From: Paraphysomonas bandaiensis | Lineage: Eukaryota > Protista > Chrysophyceae | Assembly: GCA_965644295.1 (NCBI GenBank) | Contig: CBFFRP010000365.1 | Location: forward strand, 167,793-231,792 | DNA: 64,000 nucleotides | Direction of reading: 5' to 3' | Position numbers and translations under genes: made by a program | Shown here: piece by piece, positions 37,501 through 48,264 of the stretch | Layout of the letters: each line of letters opens with the position of its first letter | Position numbering within the stretch: the first letter of the stretch is position 1 | Notes under the pieces: generated by a model | Databases searched by the model: none | Seen by the model: the letters and a program-made list of their open reading frames with translations, nothing else | What the model was told of the DNA's origin: nothing

Positions 37501-38559
37501 GAAGCTGACTCGGGTTATCTTAGACCTGGCACACACATCACACAAACACTGATTTTTGTGTACCTTGGCTGTGAGGTGTTTTCGTTTCAACCCTGTACCC
37601 ATGATGAGCATCCTCTTATGTGCCTCCACTAAAGCATGTTTGTTGAAGTGACCCGCTCTCCGATGCAGCAACTCCAGCTCGTCCTCACCAGTCCTATCGC
37701 TAAGATTTACTTCACAATTACTCGGTGTAGACACATCTGGAAGCTCCAACAGCTGCTGAGTTGGAACTGCTGTCATGCCATTCTTCATGGGTCCCTCCAG
37801 TACTAGCTCACCAGTATTACAATCATATATTTGGATGCCATACCAAACCGTGAATCTATATCCCATTTCGTTCAGCTTACGTCCGGAGCACAGGCATCGA
37901 TTGATCTGATCTGAAATTTCAATGTCTCTCCATGCTCCACGGGAACCCACACTTGTGATATGAATCTCTGATCCCTTCTTAGAGCCGTTTATCACCTTTG
38001 ATGTATTCATATGAGTGTCAAGCATGGTCACATCATTCATCAAGAACATTGATGATGAACAGCAGGTGTCAATATATGTATAATGCATGTCATCATTTAC
38101 ACTACATATATTCGTTTCATGTATATTGCATGACAATTTCATAACATCCTCGATCATATTAGCTTCATCTTCATCAGAGAAATCTGCTGGTTCTCCACGC
38201 CGTATATTCTCTACTGTCAGCAACCGTTTGTCCGGCTTCCTACCATGATTCTTCCCTTTCTCTCCTCTTCTAGAATGCTTTTTCTTCGTCGTTGGACAAT
38301 CAGCAGCAAGATGTTCCAGAGACTTGCAATTTCTGCATCCCGTGTACTCCGCACTTCCAGGACGCTGCCCTGATATCTCTCCATCCTTCTTCCTCTGCTT
38401 CCTCCTGCACTGTTCAGTTGAATGGCTATGAGGAATTCCTTCTTTCCTGCAATATCTACAGTTGCCCTTCTTACGCTTATCCCGTTCCGTTCGAGACCGT
38501 TTGCTCTTTTCAATGAAATTCAGCTCCTCCACCTTCTTGCGTTTCCGCTCTAACGCAAT
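34545..38559 (-). pseudogene. Copia gag C-terminus and pol (Zn knuckles, protease, integrase, RT, RNase H), broken at about 36841 and 35885
   Basis: Knuckle CRNCKSLEHLAADC; protease YIDTCCS; IN HRRAGH..CDVC, SADI, HADGARE, NAIEERK, LRVWGC; RT KYKARLVALG, HQLDV, LYGLRSSPRQW, YVDD; RNase H SDSDWA, SSMESEY, KHIDIKYHWIRE, ADIFTK. Confidence 0.95.
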
Positions 38560-39763
38560 ACTGCAGTACTTCCACTACATGAGTCAGCTTTCTCTGATTT
38601 GCAGCGAATGCGAACCACTGATTGTGTAAAGTGGTCGCGCTGGGGATACAAAAGAGACGATCACTGTGCTGAGCACAATGCTCGTGTTGAATGGACTTAT
38701 ATTGGAGGGGAAAGAGTTGAGCAGAATGCTTTACCAATGCAGCCTAAAGTGTTCCGGAAATGGAAGGAGCGGTATAAATTGAAGGATGATGAGCTACCTG
38801 GGGCCAGTTTTATTTTAGCCAAACGCCGATTAAACGATCCCACCGCTCCATTTGACAGAGAGGGACAAGTATTTTCACTTCGAAATGGTACGCAGAAGCG
38901 TGTGTACTGGAAGTACAGTCGCAATCCAACTGTGATAGATAATGGTACCCCTAGTTCACTGGAATCGAATTTAGAATCTGGCTTGTGGAAACTTGGTAGA
39001 CTGGAGGCCCCATCTGATCAGATTTCCGTCGACTACGCTCCAGAGGACCTTCCACCTGACGATGTAGAGATTACTGCAACAGCAGCGCGACGTGCAGATG
39101 GTGGGTGTGATAGTGACCGCTCAGGTAGATGTCGTCGTAGAAAACATAAGAATTATGTGGAATCGAATTCTAGCGACGAGGATGAATTAAATTCTAGCGA
39201 CGAGGATGAATTAAATTCTAGCGACGAGGAGGAGCAGGAAGTCACAGAGAGCGAGCTGGAAAAATGTGTCAGTGAAAGTTCCGATGAATTCAGCAGTTCT
39301 GATGGTGAGGATGAAATACAGTTCAAAGTAGGTGAGAAAGTGAGAAATATTCATGGGCTCAATGGTATAGTTACTGCAGTGAATGGAAAGTTATATGATG
39401 TTACCTATATTGATGGTCGTACTGATAGACTTAAGTCATTGTATTTAAGACCACAAGTAGTTAGAAACAAAGTAGGTTCGAATAGGACAATGACTGCTGG
39501 CAGCTACACTTATGTTGCTCATGATGATCAATGGGTCGACAGTGGTAGTATAAGGGCAGATAACGTGGTTGCTGGTAAGCGAAAACGTGCTTCTGTTACA
39601 TCCTATAGGACTTAAAATGTTAATAAAATTAATATTTTTTGTTGTCTCTAACCCTAACACTACAAATAGAATAGCTTTTTAAACATTTCTGTTTATATAC
39701 TGTAAATACTCCTAAATTTCCCAAAATATCGTAAAATTCCCACGTTTGCATAATGTTTACTTC
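38560..39763 (+). other. Foreign insert (about 1.2 kb) within gag carrying an antisense, 5'-truncated ORF (reading frame open 38554-39615)
   Basis: It interrupts Gag between ...RYDDTIP(EV) and IALERKRKKVEEL. The ORF has an ESAFS motif, an acidic NSSDEDEL tandem repeat, a Tudor/SH3-like domain and a C-terminal DNVVAGKRKR..V.SY motif, followed by an AT-rich 3' region. Confidence 0.85.
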
Positions 39764-40450
39764 AGGAATGGTATCATCATACCGTTCTATCTTCCTTGAT
39801 AATGTTGCATAATCAACATCATCAGGCATCAAATACAAAGCAACATTCAGAGGAGCATATTCTTCATTCAACAGACCTTCTCGTAACCGTGTTATTTTTG
39901 AGAGCTCCGATATGTCCTGCTGCTGCTCCTGTAGCTCTTTCAGCAGTATTTCAAACCGTATTATATAGTCCTTCGCAGTCTCCTCCGGACGCATACGGAA
40001 AGATCCATACTGAGTCAACAGCTCACTGATCTTGTTTTGCTTCCCTCCAGCAAAGCACTTCTTCAACTCATCAATCATAATATGCGCCTTAAACCTGTTG
40101 CTTCCTTTTCCATCAGCCTTGAACCCTTTATGTAGAAGATGGAATTTCTGAAGCGCCTTCGAAGATGTTTGCACTGCCTCTCTGCAGTACGAATACGCTA
40201 TGGCATTCGCCTTCCAGTACTTCTTCACAGCCTGTCTGTAAGACTTCTCCTCCATTAACGTGAGTGGCTGTTCCCCAAAGTCGCTTTCCTTCGGTGGTGG
40301 CTCCACCGCTACTTCACTTTGCTCTTTCCTCATGAGGAATGTTTCGAAGTCCTCAATCCATTGTTCAACATTGCTCTCATTAAACTGTGGCACTACTCCT
40401 CTATCCTCCTTCTCTCCTCCTCGCTCGCTACCATGTTGAGAAACGCTCAT
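39760..40450 (-). pseudogene. Copia gag N-terminal part; the first ATG lies inside the 5' LTR
   Basis: VPQFNESNVEQW...FRMRPEETAKDYIIRF...LREGLLNEEY is a retrotransposon gag (UBN2-like) pattern. Confidence 0.85.
40416..40433 (-). promoter_or_regulatory. Primer-binding site TGGTAGCGAGCGAGG
   Basis: TGG directly follows the 5' LTR end (...AACA). TGGTAGC is complementary to the GCTACCA 3' end typical of initiator tRNA-Met. Confidence 0.75.
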
Positions 40451-40727
40451 TTTACACTAGATCACAGAGAGAATTTGTCGTAAGACTAGATAGATTTATT
40501 AATATCGTTTACACGAAGTTGTGATAACCAACACTAACTCATTATAATCCCTGCATAATATCCTACATATGCGAACCTCTCGTTACTGAACATATCATGA
40601 AAGATCAAACTATTTCAGTTTCTCAATATCATCACAGCATTTGTACATCACTATATTTCACTGTATTCTCGTACATTGTCTTCAAGTGACATACTGAATA
40701 TACTAGAAGAAGATCCATATTCTAATA
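40434..40727 (-). repeat. 5' LTR (294 bp)
   Basis: Direct repeat of 34071-34365. Confidence 0.97.
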
Positions 40728-41351
40728 GTTGAAGCATTATCAGTGGGTCTAGTTGATCTTTCCTCCAGGAACTGATCGAACTACAGAAGTTTCTTCCAAC
40801 CTGAGCTATCAGAATGTGACATAAAGAACTAAGGAACTACACAATAAACTCACTTCATAATCAATTAATTAAAATTGCAATCAATTAATCGTTTAATGAG
40901 TATACATTTGACAACTCTGGTACCATATATTTTATAAATTATAATGTGGATGATGTATGTGTTCTTATAAAAAAACATAGAGTATATTTTCAATAGAGAT
41001 CACACTGTAAAACTGTATTGTCTCTGTAAATTTCTAATATGATGGCACTACTAAAACTATTTATAGATTAATTTTTATGCGCTTCTTTTCTAAATTCTAC
41101 GTAAAATAACTTCGATGTATTTAGTCTTGCAAAGTTCACGCATCTAATATTAATAATTCGTTCTTTAAGTTAACATATTTCAGTATTCGAGAATTAACTA
41201 TGGCGTTTCAACACATGAATATTAGCCTCGCCCACGGGTGTTACTGATCGTATATCAAAAAACCTCTTACGCCAAAACCACATGTGCAACTATACTCCAT
41301 GTTTCACATTCTGCCAAGCATTAACACTCCAAGATGCTGATTTTAACAGCA

Positions 41352-43361
41352 CTACATTAAGTCGAATGATGTAATAATGTTGTAAGGGTGCTCGCTCGGA
41401 AGAGGAGCGTTTCCAGGGCGCACAGATAGAACAGTGTGAAGCCCCGCTTCCACAGCGGCGTCGGACTCCTCGATAATATCTGTTACGAAGAGAACTTGAT
41501 CTGGAGAGTCCACACCTAGCGACTGTACTATTTGTTTGTAGCTCTCTGCGTCTCTCTTATGCCCAATTTTGGTATCGAAATAGCAACTTAGCATAGGACG
41601 GAGATCACCGAAATTTGAATACTTAAAAAGAAGTTTCTGGGCCTCTCGGGATCCTGATGAGTATATGCAAGTATGAACGCCTGCTCTCTTCATGCGAGAC
41701 AGAAAAAATGGTACGTCGTCGTAAACAGTAGACTTCAATGCGCCAGAAGCATATCCAGTTGCCCATATATGTCCCTGTAACTGCTTAAGCGAGGATATTT
41801 TCCGATCAACCGCAATATTCCACCGTACATATTCACATAAGCACTGCTTCAGCTTCTCAGTGTCATGTGTTGCGGTTCCAGAGGAGTGTGCAATCAATAC
41901 ATCAACACATGGCATACCAGCTGGTAATTTTGTATCTTCCCTATCTGCTGCTGCCTGAATGCATAACGCAGAGATGTCATCCTGAGTTTCTTGTGAATGC
42001 CATGTGCTGCTGAGATGAGCATACACATTATCACGGGCAAACGGAAACAAAACGTCCTTCACGAATGTGATTGGTGTTGTGGTCCCCTCAATATCCAACA
42101 CAACATACTTATAAGAGCTAGCGTTCACTTTCAATTCAGTTGAAAGTCGTTTCTTGCGACAGGCATCACAAGCATGGGTACTAGAGTCAATACTAGTGCG
42201 CTGTCTCTTGCTCGGTTGTTCGCCATTGCCATTCACATCTACTCCGTTAACAACTTCTGTCTTATACTCCGACAAACCAAGACTGTGCTTCTGAATTGCG
42301 ACATTGAAAAGATAGTGAAGACACTCAGAGTGTCGTTTAGCTTGCTCCCATGTGTCTCCCCATACATATATACCGTGATCTCGGACCAAGACTGCGTAGG
42401 ACTTAGGGTAGAGAATAATCGCCTGCTCCAGAGAGTCGGCGAGCTCACTTTCGAAAGCAGTGTTGTCAATGATAGGAACCACCAACTCATCGTGATAACC
42501 ATAGCCAGCAATGCCCTTGATCATCTCCTGGTGAGATATACGAAATTCATTGCTATTGGGGTTAATGGCCGTGACCATGACACAAGTCATGTCGTGACTG
42601 TGGAGTACAGCGCCTGGAGAACAATTATATTAAAGTGTGATCGAACAACTAAGAGTAAAAATACCTGCATTTCTCAGGCGATATGAATGTAAAAACAACG
42701 GTGAGCAGTCAGAGAGCTTAGGCAATTTTCCTGGGGTCTTCTGAGGGGGAATAGATAGTATATTGCCCGCGATGTCCAGCATAAACAGTTCGTCAGGAAG
42801 AATTCTCTCTTTTTGGACACCCGAAGGTGTCATAAATATTCTATTTCCATAACGAATACTAATGCTACCACCAGTTCCAGTAACCCATCCCAAGGAATAA
42901 AACTGTGAGCACAACTCACATATCAATTCACGAAACCTGTGGGGCTTTACAAGAGTCAGAGCATCCACCTCCTCGACAAATCGAAAAGTAAAAGCTTCGT
43001 CATATGACGAATAATTGTCTGTGGTGTTGAAATCTACTGCAACATTAACGCGCTCAATGTTCTCATGAGAAAATCTATGATATAGATTCGCTGGTAGTGA
43101 AAGCACAGAATTAGTTTCCAAACAAATGCGGAGCCAACAATCTGCAGAATCTCTTACGTCCACATACAAATCCCCAGTCATAACTTTATAATATACTGGT
43201 GAATTACTCTTCCTCTCACGAGTTAATACATGACGCTTATTCAAACAATCAGAAGATTTAAAGTCTTTGAATGGTAGCTCAGGATTTATAGATACTTGCA
43301 ATTGCTTTAACATCGCTAGAGACCCAATTTCATTGGGAGAATCCAAGTAAAATAATCTCAT
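41352..43361 (-). CDS. Fused methionine-salvage enzyme: ARD/MtnD-like cupin + methylthioribulose-1-P dehydratase (MtnB/APIP) + enolase-phosphatase E1 (MtnC/ENOPH1); one intron at about 42615-42664
   Basis: Cupin YVDVRD..DCWLRI...LPANLYHRF. Mtn[23 protein letters not shown]|[16 protein letters not shown]. Mtn[43 protein letters not shown]. Probable start MRLFYLD at 43361. Confidence 0.93.
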
Positions 43362-43935
43362 GTTGAAATAACAAGCAATGAAGAATTGCAGATGAGTTGT
43401 ATAGTAGGTTAGTTTATATATATGCACCTGGAAGATATACTTGCAGCAGTGGAGTTGTTTGTGTTGCAGTCTGTGGCTGCAAACACCACAACTCAACCGT
43501 TCACAGAGGGGGGAAACTACCCGTTCATATCTACCCCATCAACCGTACAACGACCGTTTGTTGCCCGTTAACCACCCGTAGTCCATTTTGTCGTACTTGC
43601 ATGTATGCTTCCAATAGCCGGATACGGGCTTGCACTGAAAATTCTATCCACACTGCTGTAGATACCAACCTTGATAATGTATGTGTCAAGTCGTACTCTG
43701 TTGTACATGTATAGTGTATATATGTATATATATGTATGTATGTAGTATCGCTATATGATGTGCGTGTAACACAACATCATTCAAGTAAGTTGTTTAGTTG
43801 CAGTTACAAAAGTAGCAAGCAAAGGATTCACATATAGACTGTGATTGAGTATTTTAGGTTATTCACCTAACCAGTTCTTTGCTTTGTTAATATAAAATTG
43901 ATTTGATCTTTAAGATCTAAGTTTCTTCTCTCTTA

Positions 43936-44544
43936 ATGAGCTCTGATGACCAAACGCCAGTTGCTGTGACCGTATCCGCATATCCTCAACCACAACAAGT
44001 CGTTGCGACACCTGTGGAATCTGGTGAAGCGAACTATGGTGTTCCTGTCTATGCACAATCAGTATCAGCTTCGTCACCAAATACTGCATATGCTCAGGCA
44101 TATCCGCCACGAGTAAACGTAGTTATTGCAGGTAATCCTGGGGCGGGGAGTTTAACAGAATCTATAATTCGAACCGTCTCATTATCTAGAAGTATGAGGT
44201 GTTTGACAACTGTTGATGGAATTGTTGTTCTTCTGCTATCAATATTTAATATATATTGGTTATTTTTTCTCTGGGGACCAGTGTGTGGTTACATTGGTGC
44301 AACTCGCTTCAAGCTGAACTTCACTTACGTGTACGTGGCATATTGGGGTTTACGCCTTGTGTTCGATCTTTTATATGCCGCTCTCGGTTATTGGTGGTTT
44401 ATTATCAGTTTACTTATCGATATATACATTTTGCGTTATGTTTGGCTGTATGGAACGATTCTGAAAAGTTTAACTGAGCAGGAATTAGAGTATTTGAGAA
44501 CAGCCGAGAGAGAAATGGCATCAACGAGTCGTTGGACACGGTAG
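43936..44544 (+). CDS. Small integral membrane protein (about 4 TM segments) with a Pro/Tyr-rich N-terminus, function unknown
   Basis: Single-exon 202-aa ORF with an ATG start, hydrophobic segments and AYP/PVY/YPP motifs. Confidence 0.75.
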   Translation: MSSDDQTPVAVTVSAYPQPQQVVATPVESGEANYGVPVYAQSVSASSPNTAYAQAYPPRVNVVIAGNPGAGSLTESIIRTVSLSRSMRCLTTVDGIVVLLLSIFNIYWLFFLWGPVCGYIGATRFKLNFTYVYVAYWGLRLVFDLLYAALGYWWFIISLLIDIYILRYVWLYGTILKSLTEQELEYLRTAEREMASTSRWTR

Positions 44545-45478
44545 CATAACTATAGCGTTTATATTATTCCCATGTTGGTGCTCCTTGTTTGTTGCTATGG
44601 AACGGTCGTAGCTATTTACTTTAAGCTCCCGATATGTATGCGGTTGAACGTTTTCTATAAAACACACCGAGTGAAATTGCTATGGGTTGCACATGTCGTA
44701 AGTTTGTAATTATAGTAATTAATGTAGTAAACTAAAATACGAATTAGTGATGTTTCATGCTTGACATATAATATAGAAAATGGAACTTTTGAAGGAATCC
44801 TACCAGATCAATAATATAACACAGTCGATTAATCAAAGAGCTCTACTACAATGCATATTATAAAAACATATTAACTAGTTATAAAAACATATTATCTTTT
44901 CGCGCATTCGCTTTATTTGAGTCCCGAATGTAATCGAAGTCTTCAATAATAGAATCCAAGTGAGATAGTAAAAAGAAATATTTGTAAAAGTATATATTAT
45001 TGTGTGTTTGTGGTATTGACGAAAAATGCAGCGGTCATCTATTCGCAACATATTTAATTATTGATGAGAAAACCACTTCAGGTTTATAGAAAATCATATA
45101 GCATGCGAGCCTACAAGTCAATATTCAGTATCACGAACAATAAAGTTCAACTGTACTTGAATTTCACAGAAGTTTATTAAAGCGCAAGAAGATAAGGGCC
45201 TCTAATCACTGAGGCGCCATAGAATTGCGCAGATCACTCATGTTGATTTTTGCTCTACTGAAAAGCCTTTCCACACAAGGAAAGAGCTCATGTTGTAAAT
45301 ATAGCTTGGGTTGCACTAACAATTCACCTAGAAGCTATTCCCCCGTTCTGGGTGTAAGTTGAAAGCTAATCAGATATATTTGTAATAGGTATGATTACTC
45401 TAATCCCGTGAAACGAACTCTGTGTTACGTGGCGATTGTACCTGTGGACACACTGCCCGAACTATGTACTCCTCTTGC

Positions 45479-46136
45479 ATGTATGTATGTATGTATGTAT
45501 GTATGTATGTATGTATGTATGTATGTATGTATGTATGTATGTATGTATGTATGTATGTATGTATGTATGTATGTATGTATGTATGTATGTATGTATGTAT
45601 GTATGTATGTATGTATGTATGTATGTATGTATGTATGTATGTATGTATGTATGTATGTATGTATGTATGTATGTATGTATGTATGTATGTATGTATGTAT
45701 GTATGTATGTATGTATGTATGTATGTATGTATGTATGTATGTATGTATGTATGTATGTATGTATGTATGTATGTATGTATGTATGTATGTATGTATGTAT
45801 GTATGTATGTATGTATGTATGTATGTATGTATGTATGTATGTATGTATGTATGTATGTATGTATGTATGTATGTATGTATGTATGTATGTATGTATGTAT
45901 GTATGTATGTATGTATGTATGTATGTATGTATGTATGTATGTATGTATGTATGTATGTATGTATGTATGTATGTATGTATGTATGTATGTATGTATGTAT
46001 GTATGTAGGTATGTATGTATGTATGTATGTATGTATGTATGTATGTATGTATGTATGTATGTATGTATGTATGTATGTATGTATGTATGTATGTATGTAT
46101 GTATGTATGTATGTATGTATGTATGTATGTATGTAT
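45479..46136. repeat. (ATGT)n microsatellite, about 164 units
   Basis: Near-perfect array with a single variant unit (gtag) near 46007. Confidence 0.99.
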
Positions 46137-46227
46137 AGGTAGATGTTGCATTGGGTATGTATATCGTCCTAATTAATGTTGTGTTATTATTATAATATTC
46201 TAACCATACAGCTACATATTCTCCACT

Positions 46228-47688
46228 ATGGCCGGTGAATGTCAAACTAAGAATACAAAGAATTATGAAGATGAGGAAGACGATAAGCCAGTGACAGCTC
46301 TTGATGAAGGTGAATAACACTGTCTGTATTTCATATCCCTCATGTGCGTACAGGTGATATCGCATTACTTAAGACATATGGCTTGGGACCCTATACGGTT
46401 GCTATCAGGGCTGTTGAGGCAGATATTAAACAACACCAAGAGACTGTAAAGGAGCTCATAGGGATAAAAGAGAGTGACACGGGTTTATCTCTACCCTCTC
46501 AATGGGATTTAGTGTCAGATAAACAGATGATGCAGGAGGAACAGCCACTACAAGTAGCGCGGTGTACAAAAATTGTGAATATTGGGAATGAAGACCCGAA
46601 GTATTTAATTAATATTCGTCAGATTGCGAAATTTGTTGTCGGATTAGGAGAGAAAGTCTCCCCCACCGATATTGAGGAAGGCATGCGTGTGGGTGTTGAT
46701 CGAACAAAGTATGCTATTCAAATCCCATTACCTCCGAAGATTGATCCAACTGTGTCCTTAATGGAAGTTGAGGAAAAACCAGATGTGACCTACGATGACG
46801 TTGGTGGCTGTAAGAAAGCCCTAGAGCAGCTACGCGAAGTTGTAGAGATTCCATTGCTTCACCCCGAGAGATTTGTGACACTTGGTATCGATCCACCGAA
46901 GGGTGTTTTGTTGTATGGCCCTCCTGGTACTGGGAAAACTCTATCCGCTCGTGCCGTGGCAAATCGAACCGATGCTACTTTTATCCGTGTCATTGGTAGT
47001 GAGCTTGTTCAGCGATATGTTGGAGAAGGTGCACGAATGGTTCGCGAGCTATTTTCTCTTGCGCGGTCAAAGAAAAATTGTATAATATTTTTTGATGAAG
47101 TTGACGCTATTGGAGGTGCTCGTAGTGGAGGGGATGACAACAATTCTGACAATGAAGTTCAGCGCACAATGCTTCAGATTGTCACAGAACTTGATGGCTT
47201 TGACTCGAGGGGAAATATCAAGGTGCTAATGGCTACCAATAGACCGGACACTCTTGATCCAGCACTCTTGAGACCTGGCCGTCTTGACCGTAAGGTGGAG
47301 TTCGGTTTACCAGACTTGGAGGGGCGAACACATATCCTTCGCATACATGCTAAAGTGATGAGTGTTGACCGTGACATTCGTTATGAGTTACTTGCCCGAC
47401 TATGCCCCAATACTACTGGTAACTACAAACTTTTCTGTAGTGAAAGGAAATTCGTGTGATATTTTGTTGCAGGTGCTGAGCTGAGGTCTGTGTGTACAGA
47501 GGCTGGCATGTTTGCCATTAGGGCCCGAAGAAAGAGTGTTTCGGAGAAGGACTTCCTTGACTCTATCAATAAGGTATCATCTCTACTGCTACTTGTTAAT
47601 GTTCTGAAATCTTCTCACTATGTATTGTTAGGTTATCAAGGGATATCAAAAGTTTTCATCCACTCCGAAGTACATGGTGTACAATTAA
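46228..47688 (+). CDS. PSMC2: 26S proteasome AAA-ATPase subunit Rpt1 (regulatory subunit 7), 4 exons
   Basis: LDE|[50 protein letters not shown] and the C-terminus [11 protein letters not shown]. Confidence 0.98.
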
Positions 47689-48264
47689 GCCATTATATTG
47701 AGATTGGGGTTCGGATTGTACCCTTTGTCAGTAGATGCCTCATTTTAGATTAAGTACGCGTAGTTTGAAGTCAGTAATAAGAATTATTTCCTAAGAGGGT
47801 ATGATCATGTTAATATGAATCTACTGTCTGAACCACTTAAGATTTATACGATACATTGTTGGTATTCTATTCTTCTCAAGGTAGAAGGTAGTAGTGTTTC
47901 GTTTAGTAAATATTCAATATGTAGCCCTTGTCCTGATTGTGTTTAAAGCTACTATGGTCTTACTGGATTCTAAATGGAATAAGGCAAATGGGTGTGAAAA
48001 AATATTGAACACAAGTTCAAATGTATTTTAAAACTTTGTATATATGTATATATACTACATACAGTAGTATAATAGTATGCAGCAGTTCTGTTGGTACAGT
48101 TCACTGTAGATTGTAGTACATAGTACACAGGCTTACGTAACAATTAATTGATCTTCAATTTATTGGCAATAATTGCCAATTAAATAAATTGGTTTTAAGT
48201 TATTATTTCAGTTATTATTATTGGTAATTGTTGCCAATTAATTGGCTGGCTAAATTATATATAG

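Larger units (their letters stand above)
34071..40727 (-). mobile_element. Full-length Ty1/copia LTR retrotransposon (defective, recent insertion)
   Basis: Two near-identical LTRs, 5-bp TSD GTTGA (34066-34070 and 40728-40732), PBS, PPT and domain order gag-PR-IN-RT-RNaseH. Confidence 0.97.

Noticed and set aside
39166-39230. 24-bp repeats as a CRISPR-like array
   Set aside because: They are head-to-tail with no spacers and encode NSSDEDEL in frame. No cas genes are present and the context is eukaryotic.
39648-39658. ctaaccctaac telomere-like motif
   Set aside because: Fewer than two units; too short to interpret.
38573-39757. Insert as a CACTA transposon (it begins CACTA after the TACTTC repeat)
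   Set aside because: The other end is not TAGTG, there is no TIR and no 3-bp TSD, and CACTA lies within the open cargo reading frame.
43362-43496. N-terminal extension of the Mtn fusion in the ORF track
   Set aside because: It starts at a non-ATG codon and looks like UTR sequence. The first ATG (43361) coincides with the start of the cupin.
45400-46365. Five long MYVC/HTYI ORFs
   Set aside because: Same artefact, from the (ATGT)n array.
48128-48250. AT-rich segment starting caggcttacgtaacaattaattg that resembles another MITE end
   Set aside because: No matching opposite TIR or TSD was found.
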